A DNA stretch of 64,000 nucleotides from Pseudomonadota bacterium (GTDB lineage Bacteria; Pseudomonadota; Gammaproteobacteria; Steroidobacterales; SZUA-146): assembly GCA_039028935.1 (NCBI GenBank), contig JBCCHD010000011.1, positions 24,378-88,377 on the forward strand, given 5' to 3'. The notes under the pieces were generated by a model. The model was not told where the DNA came from. It was given only the letters and a program-made list of their open reading frames with translations, and ran no database searches. Below, piece after piece: positions 18,129-26,922 of the stretch. A program made the position numbers and the translations under genes. Position 1 is the stretch's first letter. Each line of letters opens with the position of its first letter.

Positions 18129-18151
18129 AACGAGCCCAAAACGGGCTCGTT
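18129..18151 (-). terminator. terminator-like hairpin just upstream of EF-hand gene
   Basis: On the minus strand: AACGAGCCC-GTTTT-GGGCTCGTT followed by TTC. It would end a minus-strand transcript coming from the 18155-18850 non-coding tract. The U-tract is weak. Confidence 0.35.
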
Positions 18152-18159
18152 CCAATCAG

Positions 18160-18175
18160 TCCAAGATCTATGCCA
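18160..18175 (-). promoter_or_regulatory. sigma-54-like promoter element (TGGCAT-N5-TTGGA)
   Basis: The minus strand reads TGGCATAGATCTTGGA, versus the consensus TGGCAC-N5-TTGCW. The GG element and spacing are correct, but the -12 element has GG instead of GC. Lies ~65-80 nt upstream of the EF-hand ATG. Confidence 0.3.
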
Positions 18176-18853
18176 GAGTCCACTTTTTCATAAAATTCAG
18201 AAGGTTATGGAAAATGGCAGGTCCAAAACAATGCCTTTATCGCGGCCCCGACGCTACGCTCCGCAGCCGCTTGTGATTAACGTACTGTTTCGATATCGAT
18301 TTGGGATGGGGCGGAACGGCAACAGCCGTCGGCGCCTACCGCGTCAATAAGGCGCGGAAAAATATAGCTTTTGTTAATTATTACAGCGATTTATGTTGGC
18401 CTTTTAACCTGAGTATTGACCCTGAGACCCGGCCGCCTCGCGGCCGAGCGGACGTATAGGCCTCCTCTGCAACGATTGCGTTTCACGATGCGCATGGGCC
18501 ATCGCCGCCCCTTCTCATCGACCGCTCGTGTGCAGTCGCCAGCCCAAGGCACTGCGTCAAATGACCACGCTCACCGGATCGTGTGGCACCCACCGCCAAT
18601 CGCCGTTGACGAATCGGATCGGCGCACTCAAAAAGCGGTGTCTGGATTACGGAGCCGACCATGGCCCAGGAGCGGATCCAAATCGACCAAACCCGGCTCC
18701 ATAGGCAGTCCGAGCACCCTCCGTATTGCGCCCGATCTGCCTCAAGAAAGCCCGCTTTCCACGTTTTTGCACCCGACCAAGTGGGCCAGTTCTGCTACCA
18801 TCAAGACTAAAGAACACGCTGCCGATGGTCGGCGGTGCCCATCCATAGGCCGC

Positions 18854-19540
18854 ATGCTAGACACCCGTATTCAAGTCCAAACACCCGAGGGCATCGAGCT
18901 CTCGCTCACACCCGCGGGCCTCTTACCGCGCAGTGTCGCGTGGGTGCTCGATTTTTTTATTCGCCTCATCGTGTGGTGGGTGGGCTATCTGCTGTTTGTT
19001 TGGATCTTCGGCGAGGTCGGCTTCGCCCTCTTCTTTCTTGTTTCGTTCGCCTTGTATTGGCTTTACAACGTGGTATTCGAAGTGGTTTTCAACGGCCAAA
19101 CACCGGGAAAGAAACTGCTCGGACTGCGCGTTATGCGCACCAACGGGTCGCCGGTGCGACTCACGGCATCGGTACTGCGCAATCTTTTGCGTGTGGTGGA
19201 CTTCTTACCCTTCGCCTATCTGCTTGGCATCGGCTCGATGATGTTCTCGCCGCGATTCAAACGCCTCGGCGACATCGTGGCGGACACGGTCGTGGCGTAC
19301 GACGCGCCCCTCTCGTCAACACGCCCACTGGAGTTCGATAGAGAGGAACGGCTGCCTCTGGCGTTAAAAGCCGCCGATCACCGCGCGGTACTGCTTTACG
19401 CGGAACGGCTCGACACGCTCACCGACGAACGCGCGGTCGAGCTGGCCGGGCAACTCAGCGACGTGATGGAGGGCTCCCCCGCCGACATTCGTGATCGATT
19501 GCGCGCCCATGCGCGTTGGCTCAATGGTGCGCAATCGTGA
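18854..19540 (+). CDS. RDD-family membrane protein
   Basis: MLDTRIQVQTPEGIELSLTPAGLLPRSVAWVLDFFIRL... with three hydrophobic helices and RFKRLGDIVADTVV (RDD signature residues). The in-frame upstream 146 codons (track start 18416, TTG) are R/P/S-rich and full of rare codons, so they were excluded. Confidence 0.75.
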   Translation: MLDTRIQVQTPEGIELSLTPAGLLPRSVAWVLDFFIRLIVWWVGYLLFVWIFGEVGFALFFLVSFALYWLYNVVFEVVFNGQTPGKKLLGLRVMRTNGSPVRLTASVLRNLLRVVDFLPFAYLLGIGSMMFSPRFKRLGDIVADTVVAYDAPLSSTRPLEFDREERLPLALKAADHRAVLLYAERLDTLTDERAVELAGQLSDVMEGSPADIRDRLRAHARWLNGAQS

Positions 19541-20481
19541 AGCAGAATGAGTTTATTCGACGCTATGAGCGCCTGTGGACGGCGTTTGAATTGTCACTGG
19601 AGGCGGGTGGTGCGGATGCCGACTTGCCCGCCAGCTACCGCACTATTTGCCACCATCTGTCCTTGGCCAAATTGCGCAACTACAGCCCCGCTTTGCAGCA
19701 GCGGCTGAATCACATTGCATTGCGCGGGCATGATCGGCTGTACGCAGGCCGCAACGATTCCGCGACCGACCTGAGCAAAGTATTTGTGCGCGATTTTCCA
19801 CGCTGTGTGCGCGACAACCGCTACTACGTGCTGGCGTCCGCGATCCTGTTTTTCGGACCGCTCATTTGGATTGTATTAACCATCCTCAAAGACCCCAGTT
19901 TCGCGTACTCGATCATCGACACGGCCACTGCCGAACAATACACGCAGATGTACAGCGAAACGCATCAAGAAAACGATCGAACCGCAGCCGATGACGTCAT
20001 TATGTTTGGCTACTACATCTGGAACAATGTCAGCATCGCCTTGCGCACCTTTGCATCTGGCCTAGTGTTGGGTATCGGGGCGATTTATATCTTACTGTTC
20101 AACGGCATCAACATCGGCGCCGCAGCGGGCCTGATCGCGTCTTCTGGCTATGGCGATACGTTTTGGTCATTCGTCATTGGCCACGGCAGTTTCGAACTCA
20201 CTGCCATTGTGCTGGCCGGCGCAACCGGCATGAAATTAGGCTTTGCTATGTTGCTACCGGGTCAACGACGGCGCGGGGAGGCGCTACGACAGGCGGCAGT
20301 CGACATCAGTCCGATGCTGTATGGCTTTGTACTCATGCTGGTCATCGCCGCGGCCATTGAAGCGTTTTGGTCGCCGAGCGCGCTGATACCCAACAACGTA
20401 AAATATGGGGTTGGCACGGCGCTGTGGGTGTTGGTGATCGGCTATCTCCTGTTCGCCGGTCGGGGCGAACCGCGCGCATGA
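19537..20481 (+). CDS. SpoIIM-like (DUF95) polytopic membrane protein
   Basis: NNVSIALRTFASGLVLGIGAIYILLFNGINIGAAAG...IGHGSFELTAIVLAGATGMKLG matches the stage II sporulation protein M family pattern. The GTG at 19537 forms a GTGA overlap with the RDD stop; the track start at 19516 is also possible. Confidence 0.7.
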   Translation: MKQNEFIRRYERLWTAFELSLEAGGADADLPASYRTICHHLSLAKLRNYSPALQQRLNHIALRGHDRLYAGRNDSATDLSKVFVRDFPRCVRDNRYYVLASAILFFGPLIWIVLTILKDPSFAYSIIDTATAEQYTQMYSETHQENDRTAADDVIMFGYYIWNNVSIALRTFASGLVLGIGAIYILLFNGINIGAAAGLIASSGYGDTFWSFVIGHGSFELTAIVLAGATGMKLGFAMLLPGQRRRGEALRQAAVDISPMLYGFVLMLVIAAAIEAFWSPSALIPNNVKYGVGTALWVLVIGYLLFAGRGEPRA

Positions 20482-22007
20482 AGCTGTCTGATTCCACGGC
20501 CGTTATTCGACCGCGCAGTGGTTGGGAAGCGATCGATTTGGGCTTTCGCCTCGTGCAGCGCGACCTCCTCCCCTTATCGAGACGCTGGCTCATTTCCACA
20601 CTGCCATGGTTCGCCCTGTGCATTGGGGTTGGCCACTGGTTAGGTGATGTGAGTTTGGCTGTACTGCTTTTTTGGTTTCTCAAGCCAGCGTTTGACCGCG
20701 TGTTGCTCGATTATTTAAGTCAACGCCTGTTCAGCGACCGTGTATCGACGCCGAACCTGATCAGCCTGTGGTTCAAACTGCCGTTTTCGTTCGGCGCGTG
20801 GCGTCACCTAACCTATTTGCGATTAAGTGCCGTGCGTACCTTTGCGCTTCCGGTTTATCAGCTTGAAGGCTCGGCCAGTAACAGTGGAAAGCGCATTCGA
20901 ACGCTGGTCTCTCGAGACTACGGCGCATCAATGGTATTGACGATTTTGTTCTACCTGCTGAGTTCGGTGCTCGTCGTCGTCGCCGCCTATCAGCTCGCGC
21001 AGTGGTTCAGTCCAGCGCCCGTCGTGGGCAGCGATTCGGCGTCTTTTTGGGATGCGATGATCGAAGCTGAACAAACCGCCACTGGCATCGAGCTGTGGTT
21101 ACAGTTTGCGTTTTTCTACCTGTTCAGCGGCATCTTCGAAATGTTTTTCGTCGGTGCGGGTTTTGCGCTGTATTTAAATCGACGCACGCACTTAGAAGCC
21201 TGGGATATTGAGCTGTCGTTTCGCCGATTGGCCGAACGACTGCATCGTGTCATCCCGATGATCGCGTTGGTTGCGCTGACCGTACTGATCTCACCCAGTC
21301 CAGCAACAGCACAGAGCGCGGTCGACAGTCCAACGCTGCCCACGGCCGAGGCTGCGCGTGAAGCGGCCGACAAAATATACGCGGGTGACGAGTTTGGCGA
21401 ACCGATTACCGGCAAAAAATGGCGTCCGAAAGCCCGTGAGTCCGACGAGATCGATGACGAAAACGAAATCGACGAGTCCTGGGCCGAAATCGGTGGATTT
21501 GTGCTGCTGTTAGCCAGTGTTCTGAAGTATGTCATTGCCGCAATTGTCGTATTGGGCTTGGTGATCTGGTTGTATCGCGAACGGCATCGACTGTTTGGTA
21601 AACAGCGAGTGCGTAAGGTCGCCGCGCCCCAAGGTGAGGTAGAGACGATAGCGGAACCCGAAGTCTTCGTGCCCGACGCCGATGTGCCGTCGGTGGTGCG
21701 ACGCCTTTGGGATGAAGGCCTCCATCGAGAAAGCTTGAGTTATCTGTACCGCAGCGCATTGTCGTACCTCACTAGTCGCCACCAATTCATCATCGGCGAT
21801 CACGCGACAGAAGAAGATTGCCTGCAGCTTGTGTGCGCGAACGCCAGCAGCACGGTGAGCCAGTACTTTTCGGACATCACACGACAGTGGCGTCTCTTGG
21901 CCTACGGCAAGCGACTTCCTGCCGATACGCAGGTGAATGAGTTATGCGACCGATGGTCCGACTTATCAGACATCAGGCCGACTCAGGGAGCAGCACGTGC
22001 GCAGTAA
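20478..22007 (+). CDS. polytopic membrane protein with C-terminal DUF4129-like domain
   Basis: The ATG at 20478 forms an ATGA overlap with the upstream stop. Several TM helices, an acidic patch (ESDEIDDENEIDESW) and a final TM are followed by RRLWDEGLHRESLSYLYRSALSYLTSRHQFIIGDHATEEDCLQLV...WRLLAYGKRLP, typical of DUF4129 (from memory). Confidence 0.6.
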   Translation: MKLSDSTAVIRPRSGWEAIDLGFRLVQRDLLPLSRRWLISTLPWFALCIGVGHWLGDVSLAVLLFWFLKPAFDRVLLDYLSQRLFSDRVSTPNLISLWFKLPFSFGAWRHLTYLRLSAVRTFALPVYQLEGSASNSGKRIRTLVSRDYGASMVLTILFYLLSSVLVVVAAYQLAQWFSPAPVVGSDSASFWDAMIEAEQTATGIELWLQFAFFYLFSGIFEMFFVGAGFALYLNRRTHLEAWDIELSFRRLAERLHRVIPMIALVALTVLISPSPATAQSAVDSPTLPTAEAAREAADKIYAGDEFGEPITGKKWRPKARESDEIDDENEIDESWAEIGGFVLLLASVLKYVIAAIVVLGLVIWLYRERHRLFGKQRVRKVAAPQGEVETIAEPEVFVPDADVPSVVRRLWDEGLHRESLSYLYRSALSYLTSRHQFIIGDHATEEDCLQLVCANASSTVSQYFSDITRQWRLLAYGKRLPADTQVNELCDRWSDLSDIRPTQGAARAQ

Positions 22008-23268
22008 GCTGCTGTTTGCCGCATTGGCGGTGCTGGTGTTCGCCGGTGCTAGCGCCTGGTTTCTGCACAACTTCGAGCGCGTGGATGTGGACGAACGCGG
22101 CCCACCCAACACGGTCGTGGACGCCAATTCGTTTTATGGAATTGGTCGTTTTCTGGAACGCTATGAGATTGCCAGCCAACCGCTGTCGACACTCAATCCA
22201 CAGTATCAGCTCCCCGACTCGGGCGACACACTCGTACTGGGCTTTGCGGCGCTGTATCTGTCTGAACTAAACACCCGTCGGTTAGCGAGTTGGGTGAGCA
22301 GCGGCGGTCATCTTATGCTGCCCTTTCCTTATGACACAGACGGTACGGTGCTCGAGTACTTCAACATCGTGTCTGAAGACGTCGAGGACAACGACCCGGT
22401 CGACAACGGCGAGGAAAACGACGAAAGCCTCGATGACGAGACGCCTGAATCGGACACGCCCGCGTTTGATTTTGAGAACTTCGAGGAAGTCGATACCGAA
22501 ACCGACACCCCATTCGATCCGGAAGCGGCACGCTACCTTTACACGGCACGCATCAACGATCAGTCAATTGGCGAATTCGCGGCCGATTTCCCGATTGACG
22601 ACGATCTGTATAGCAATCGTGACACGATCTGGACCATGGATATTGAGCGAGAACGGTCAGAAGGTGGCGTAGACCAACGAACCTACGCACTGGGCTTTCG
22701 CTATGGACTTGGCAGCGTGAGTTTAGTCAGCGATTTATCCACGTTCCGTAACGCCAATTTCTATCGCGGGGACAATGCCTTGCTCTCTTTAGCGCTTCTG
22801 ACACAGACGCGTGACCCTGGCAAAGTCTGGTTCGTACAAACCATCATGAGCACCAGTTTTTGGGAGCGAGTGTGGAGCAATGGTGCGCATCTGATTATGT
22901 GGTTTGCGCTCGGCACGATACTGTTTTTCTGGTGGGCAGGCCAACGCCTGGGACGTGTGTTACCCAATCCCAGTTTAAAGCGTCGCGAGTTTAATGAGCA
23001 TCTGAGTGCGAGCGGTCGATTCTTATGGCAGCAGAATCATCGAACAGAGCTGTTGAGGGCCGCGCAATCGGCACTGAGAGATCGTGCATTGGCCCGCTTC
23101 CCAAGACTCCACGCCCTGAACAAAACACAGGCCGACCAGCAGCTAAAAACCCTGCTCGACCGCGACTACGATCTGTGGGTGTTTGCCATGCGCGATACCG
23201 AACAGTTTTCTAAACCCCAATTTCTCGAACAAATAAAAGCGATTCAATCACTATGGAAACGACTCTAG
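21997..23268 (+). CDS. DUF4350-like membrane-anchored protein with hyper-acidic insert
   Basis: The GTG at 21997 gives VRSKLLFAALAVLVFAGASAWFL, an N-terminal TM anchor, with an 11-nt overlap on the upstream gene. The ATG at 21937 is an alternative. A second TM lies near the C-terminus (LIMWFALGTILFFWWAG). Family assignment rests on gene order and length, from memory. Confidence 0.5.
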   Translation: MRSKLLFAALAVLVFAGASAWFLHNFERVDVDERGPPNTVVDANSFYGIGRFLERYEIASQPLSTLNPQYQLPDSGDTLVLGFAALYLSELNTRRLASWVSSGGHLMLPFPYDTDGTVLEYFNIVSEDVEDNDPVDNGEENDESLDDETPESDTPAFDFENFEEVDTETDTPFDPEAARYLYTARINDQSIGEFAADFPIDDDLYSNRDTIWTMDIERERSEGGVDQRTYALGFRYGLGSVSLVSDLSTFRNANFYRGDNALLSLALLTQTRDPGKVWFVQTIMSTSFWERVWSNGAHLIMWFALGTILFFWWAGQRLGRVLPNPSLKRREFNEHLSASGRFLWQQNHRTELLRAAQSALRDRALARFPRLHALNKTQADQQLKTLLDRDYDLWVFAMRDTEQFSKPQFLEQIKAIQSLWKRL

Positions 23269-24224
23269 ACAGTTCATCGAATAACAACCCAACCGCAAAC
23301 GTGGTGGCCGCAGTCAAGCAAGCCGTGATCGGTCAGGACCGCGTAATCGAGGAAGTGCTCATCACTATTGTGGCGGGTGGTCACGCCCTACTTGAGGGCG
23401 TACCTGGTCTAGGTAAAACCCTGTTGGCGCGAGCATTCTCCAAAGCGCTCGACGTGCAGTTTGGCCGTATCCAGTTCACGCCCGACCTGATGCCCAGCGA
23501 CGTGACGGGTCACGCGATGTTCGACAGCCAAAGCAGCACGTTCAAAATTCGTAAAGGACCCATCTTTACCAATCTTCTTTTGGGAGACGAAATCAACCGC
23601 GCGCCGGCCAAAACTCAGGCCTCGCTGCTTGAAGCAATGCAAGAACGACAGGTGACGATCGAGGGTAAGTCGTTTGTTTTGCCACCGCCCTTTATTGTCT
23701 TGGCCACGCAAAACCCGATCGAAAGCGAAGGCACCTATCCGCTCCCTGAAGCACAGCTTGATCGGTTCCTATGCAAAGTGTTAATCGACTACCCGAGTCT
23801 GGAAGAAGAAACCGCGCTCACGCAAAGCGTGCTCGATAATGCCATTGGACACGACTTTGATTTGAGCCGGGTCGAAAAGGTACTCAATGCCGAGGACCTG
23901 CTGGCGCTTCAGCAACACGCCGCGGGCGTAGCCATCGACGCGGCAGTACATGGGTATGCAGTACAAATCGCACAGGCCACTCGCACCTGGCAGGGCTTCA
24001 GTGTTGGCTGTGGACCAAGAGGCAGCATCGCACTGTTGCGCGCGGCGCGTGCCAGTGCGTTTATCGATGAACGGGACTTTGTCACGCCCGACGACATCAA
24101 ACGCGTCACACTGCCAGCCCTTCGGCATCGCGTTATTCTCGCCCCTGAAATGGAGATCGAAGGCATCAACACCGACACGATGCTCACCGAACTGCTGGCC
24201 ACCATCGAGGCGCCGCGCACGTGA
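23253..24224 (+). CDS. MoxR-family AAA+ ATPase
   Basis: 323 aa. Walker A GVPGLGKT, Walker B LLLGDEINRAP, QERQVTIEG, ATQNPIESEGTYPLPEAQLDRF and a C-terminal lid (GPRGSIALLRAARA). Confidence 0.9.
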   Translation: METTLDSSSNNNPTANVVAAVKQAVIGQDRVIEEVLITIVAGGHALLEGVPGLGKTLLARAFSKALDVQFGRIQFTPDLMPSDVTGHAMFDSQSSTFKIRKGPIFTNLLLGDEINRAPAKTQASLLEAMQERQVTIEGKSFVLPPPFIVLATQNPIESEGTYPLPEAQLDRFLCKVLIDYPSLEEETALTQSVLDNAIGHDFDLSRVEKVLNAEDLLALQQHAAGVAIDAAVHGYAVQIAQATRTWQGFSVGCGPRGSIALLRAARASAFIDERDFVTPDDIKRVTLPALRHRVILAPEMEIEGINTDTMLTELLATIEAPRT

Positions 24225-25528
24225 ATCCAACCCGTCGGTTGATCTGGTTGGTGGCGATTGTGCTCGTCATCGGCTTTGTCACGCTCTGGCAACCCGTTGC
24301 CATGGCCGCCTGGTCCTCCATTGCGGCGTTCGTGATACTCGCAGCCAGTTTCGACGCGATGGCATCGCTGCTCCAGCCTCGAGCACTCAAGGTCGAGCGC
24401 GTGGCCAGCGACACGCTGTCGCTCGGCGCGTGGCACAAAGTGCACGTCGTCATCACCAACCCCGGCCGCAGCACGGAAAAGATCGATGTGATCGACCACC
24501 ACCCGGCTTCGTTTCAAAGTGATGCCAAACTCACCACGCTCATGCTGCGTGCGGAAGAGCAACGCGAGGTTCGCTATTCGGTACGCCCGACGGAACGTGG
24601 GCAACACAAATTTGATCGAGCGCAAATCCGCCGTTATTCACCATGGGGCTTTTGGAGCACGCGGCTCGATCTTGGCGAACCGCACCTCACGAACGTCTTC
24701 CCAAATTTCACCGCTGTGAGCAAATACGCGCTACAGGGCGCCGATTCGCTGCAGTCACTGGCGGCCTCGCACTTCGCTCAGCGACGGGGTGAGGGCCTCG
24801 ATTTTCATCAGCTGCGTGAATACCGTATCGGCGATACGTTTCGTCAGATGGATTGGAAGGCAACGGCCCGAGCGCAAAAGCTCATCAGCAAGGACTTTCA
24901 AGAAGAACGTGACCAACAAGTTATATTCCTCCTGGACAGTGGGCGGCGTATGCTCGCACGAGACGGAGATCTGAGTCATTTCGATCATGTCCTCAACACG
25001 GTCATGCTGCTGGGTTACATCGCCTTGCGCCAGGGCGATGCGGTGGGCTACATGACGTGTGAACCCGACCCCAAATGGCTGCCCGCGCGCAAAGGACGCT
25101 CTACGATTAGCACACTGAGTCGCAATCTTTTTGATATGCAGCCCCGACCAGAAGCCACCGATTATCTTCACGCCGCGACGGAGTTAGCCAAACGACAACG
25201 CCGTCGCGCACTCGTCGTGTTGGTGACCAACGTTCGAGACGAAGACACGCATGACTTGCATCAAGCCATCCGTTTGCTCAAACAGCGGCATTTGGTGGTC
25301 GTGGCAAGCCTGACCGAAAATGCCATTGCCGACGTGCTCGACCAACCGGTCACCGACTTTGATGAGGCGCTCAACTTTGCCGCGACCCAGGACTACGTGA
25401 TTCGGCGCCGCGCGGCGCGCTCGGGAATTAGTCAACGTGGTGTGTATATGCATGACACGGACTGTGGCTCATTGCCCAGCGTTCTCACCGATCAGTACAT
25501 GGCAATCAAACGCGCCGGCATTCTTTAG
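24221..25528 (+). CDS. DUF58-family protein (VWA-like partner of MoxR)
   Basis: Two N-terminal TM helices, then the DUF58 signature GEGLDFHQLREYRIGDTFRQMDWKATARAQKLISKDFQEERDQQVIFLLDSGRRM. The start forms a GTGA overlap with the MoxR stop. Confidence 0.85.
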   Translation: MNPTRRLIWLVAIVLVIGFVTLWQPVAMAAWSSIAAFVILAASFDAMASLLQPRALKVERVASDTLSLGAWHKVHVVITNPGRSTEKIDVIDHHPASFQSDAKLTTLMLRAEEQREVRYSVRPTERGQHKFDRAQIRRYSPWGFWSTRLDLGEPHLTNVFPNFTAVSKYALQGADSLQSLAASHFAQRRGEGLDFHQLREYRIGDTFRQMDWKATARAQKLISKDFQEERDQQVIFLLDSGRRMLARDGDLSHFDHVLNTVMLLGYIALRQGDAVGYMTCEPDPKWLPARKGRSTISTLSRNLFDMQPRPEATDYLHAATELAKRQRRRALVVLVTNVRDEDTHDLHQAIRLLKQRHLVVVASLTENAIADVLDQPVTDFDEALNFAATQDYVIRRRAARSGISQRGVYMHDTDCGSLPSVLTDQYMAIKRAGIL

Positions 25529-25968
25529 CGCCACTCATAGACTGGATTGGTCGCGAGGTAGTACCCGATGTGCCGTGTCATTCGCTCTGGCTAACGCGGC
25601 ACAGGGCCTCGCACAGAACCTACGCTACCCACTCAAAAACAGTTCGCCCACTCTGTGACTGATGTTTTTTCCTCATCGGGATCTTCATTTTACGAATCGG
25701 TATTGTCGACGCCGATCAAGAACACCTCACTCCCCCCTAACACAAAAGTGAGTGCCGCCACTGCTCGACGCTTCACGTACTAGACCTCTTCGGACTCAAC
25801 ATCCATTTCCGGAGTCAGGTTCCGCATACCATGCCCGTTGGGAGTGTGTTGAGTGGAGCGACATGTCGTGTCTCGACCCTCGTGCCATTTCTTGGTAGCG
25901 AAGAAGCGCCAATGACCAGCTCTATACACAACGCCTGAATCCGTTCGAGAGACGACGGCCGATCGCGA

Positions 25969-26517
25969 TTAGGTCGCGAGGTCTTTTAATCGATCGAGCA
26001 GTTTCTTTTTATCCAACTCGCCACTGTCGCCACCGCCAAACATCATAATGCCCGACGAGTACGACGAGCCAAAGGTCTCAGCGACGCTCACCGTCTGATA
26101 GATGCCGAGCAGAAAATCCTTTTCAGTGAGCGAACTCAATGGATGAATAAAGGCTCCCCAGACAATGCCCTGCGCAACGGCATAGCGTGCATCGAGCGCA
26201 CTGTCGAAATTTGCCTGCATGAGTCGCATCAGCGCCTCATCGCTCAGATCAGAAGCCTTAGCAATTGGCACCATCAAACGCATGCGATCAGCCGATTCGT
26301 CATATACGAGCACCAACTCGCGCTCGCCGACCGCAAACGTGATGCGATTAGTGCCGGCTTGGGCGTCTTCATCGATTTGGCCGATAATCGCCGCCATTTT
26401 GGCGACGGTCATTTCATCGGATGCGGACTCTTCGGCGGTGAACGCCCATGCGACGCTCGCTGACGAAATGAACAAGATAGCCAGCAGTTTGACTCCTTTC
26501 CGACTCATGAAACCCAT
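25969..26517 (-). CDS. hypothetical secreted protein, possibly YbjN/T3SS-chaperone-like fold
   Basis: 182 aa with a signal peptide (LLAILFISSASVAWA). The body pattern (ITFAVGERELVLVYDESADRMRLMVPIA...LMRLMQANFDSALDARYAV) resembles YbjN/CesT-like family members I recall. Unverified. Confidence 0.4.
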   Translation of the reverse strand: MGFMSRKGVKLLAILFISSASVAWAFTAEESASDEMTVAKMAAIIGQIDEDAQAGTNRITFAVGERELVLVYDESADRMRLMVPIAKASDLSDEALMRLMQANFDSALDARYAVAQGIVWGAFIHPLSSLTEKDFLLGIYQTVSVAETFGSSYSSGIMMFGGGDSGELDKKKLLDRLKDLAT

Positions 26518-26763
26518 GTCGAACTCCTCGCTTGTAGGGACCCGCCGACCAACCGTTCGGCTTAGAAATCACACGGACATCCACAATGACCCGGTGAGCA
26601 CGTAAAATATTACGCCTATCCTCGCTGTCGAGTTTACAGCAGCCATGGCGATGTGTGGATAGACGTTGGTGCGTGTGCGCCGCCTTAACGCTATCACGCG
26701 CTCGCTATACACGCGGTGGTGCGTGGCGCTTGCGGTCGACAATCAATCTGATGAATACTGAAA

Positions 26764-26840
26764 TGGTGGCTATGGGTGGACTTGAACCACCGACCTCGAG
26801 ATTATGAGTCCCGCGCTCTAACCAGCTGAGCTACATAGCC
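26764..26840 (-). tRNA. tRNA-Met (CAT), elongator type
   Basis: The reverse complement GGCTATGTAGCTCAGCTGGTTAGAGCGCGGGACTCATAATCTCGAGGTCGGTGGTTCAAGTCCACCCATAGCCACCA folds into a cloverleaf by hand. It has a G1-C72 pair (so not an initiator), resembles E. coli metT, and encodes its own CCA. Confidence 0.85.
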
Positions 26841-26922
26841 ATTTTGTGTGGGCCGGGCGGCCCCTTGGGACATGCGATTCTGCGCACTCTGCTGTCGGCT
26901 GTCAAGCCAACCGCGCGCCTTT

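Noticed and set aside
18689-18712. AAACCCGGCTCCATAGGCAGTCCG resembles the RNase P RNA CR-I box (GGAAAGTCCGGGCTCCATAGGGCAG)
   Set aside because: The other universally conserved RNase P blocks are absent on both strands nearby: GGTAAGAGCGCACC, GGTAAACCCCACCCGGAGCAAG and ACAGAACCCGGCTTA. I likewise saw no tmRNA, SRP-RNA or B12-box signatures.
18416-18853. 146-codon in-frame N-terminal extension of the RDD gene (track start TTG 18416)
   Set aside because: The R/P/S-rich peptide has many rare codons (AGG, AGA, ATA, CTA, TTA) and no motif. The RDD-like sequence begins at the ATG at 18854. The unusually long open frame is still noted in the finding on this tract.
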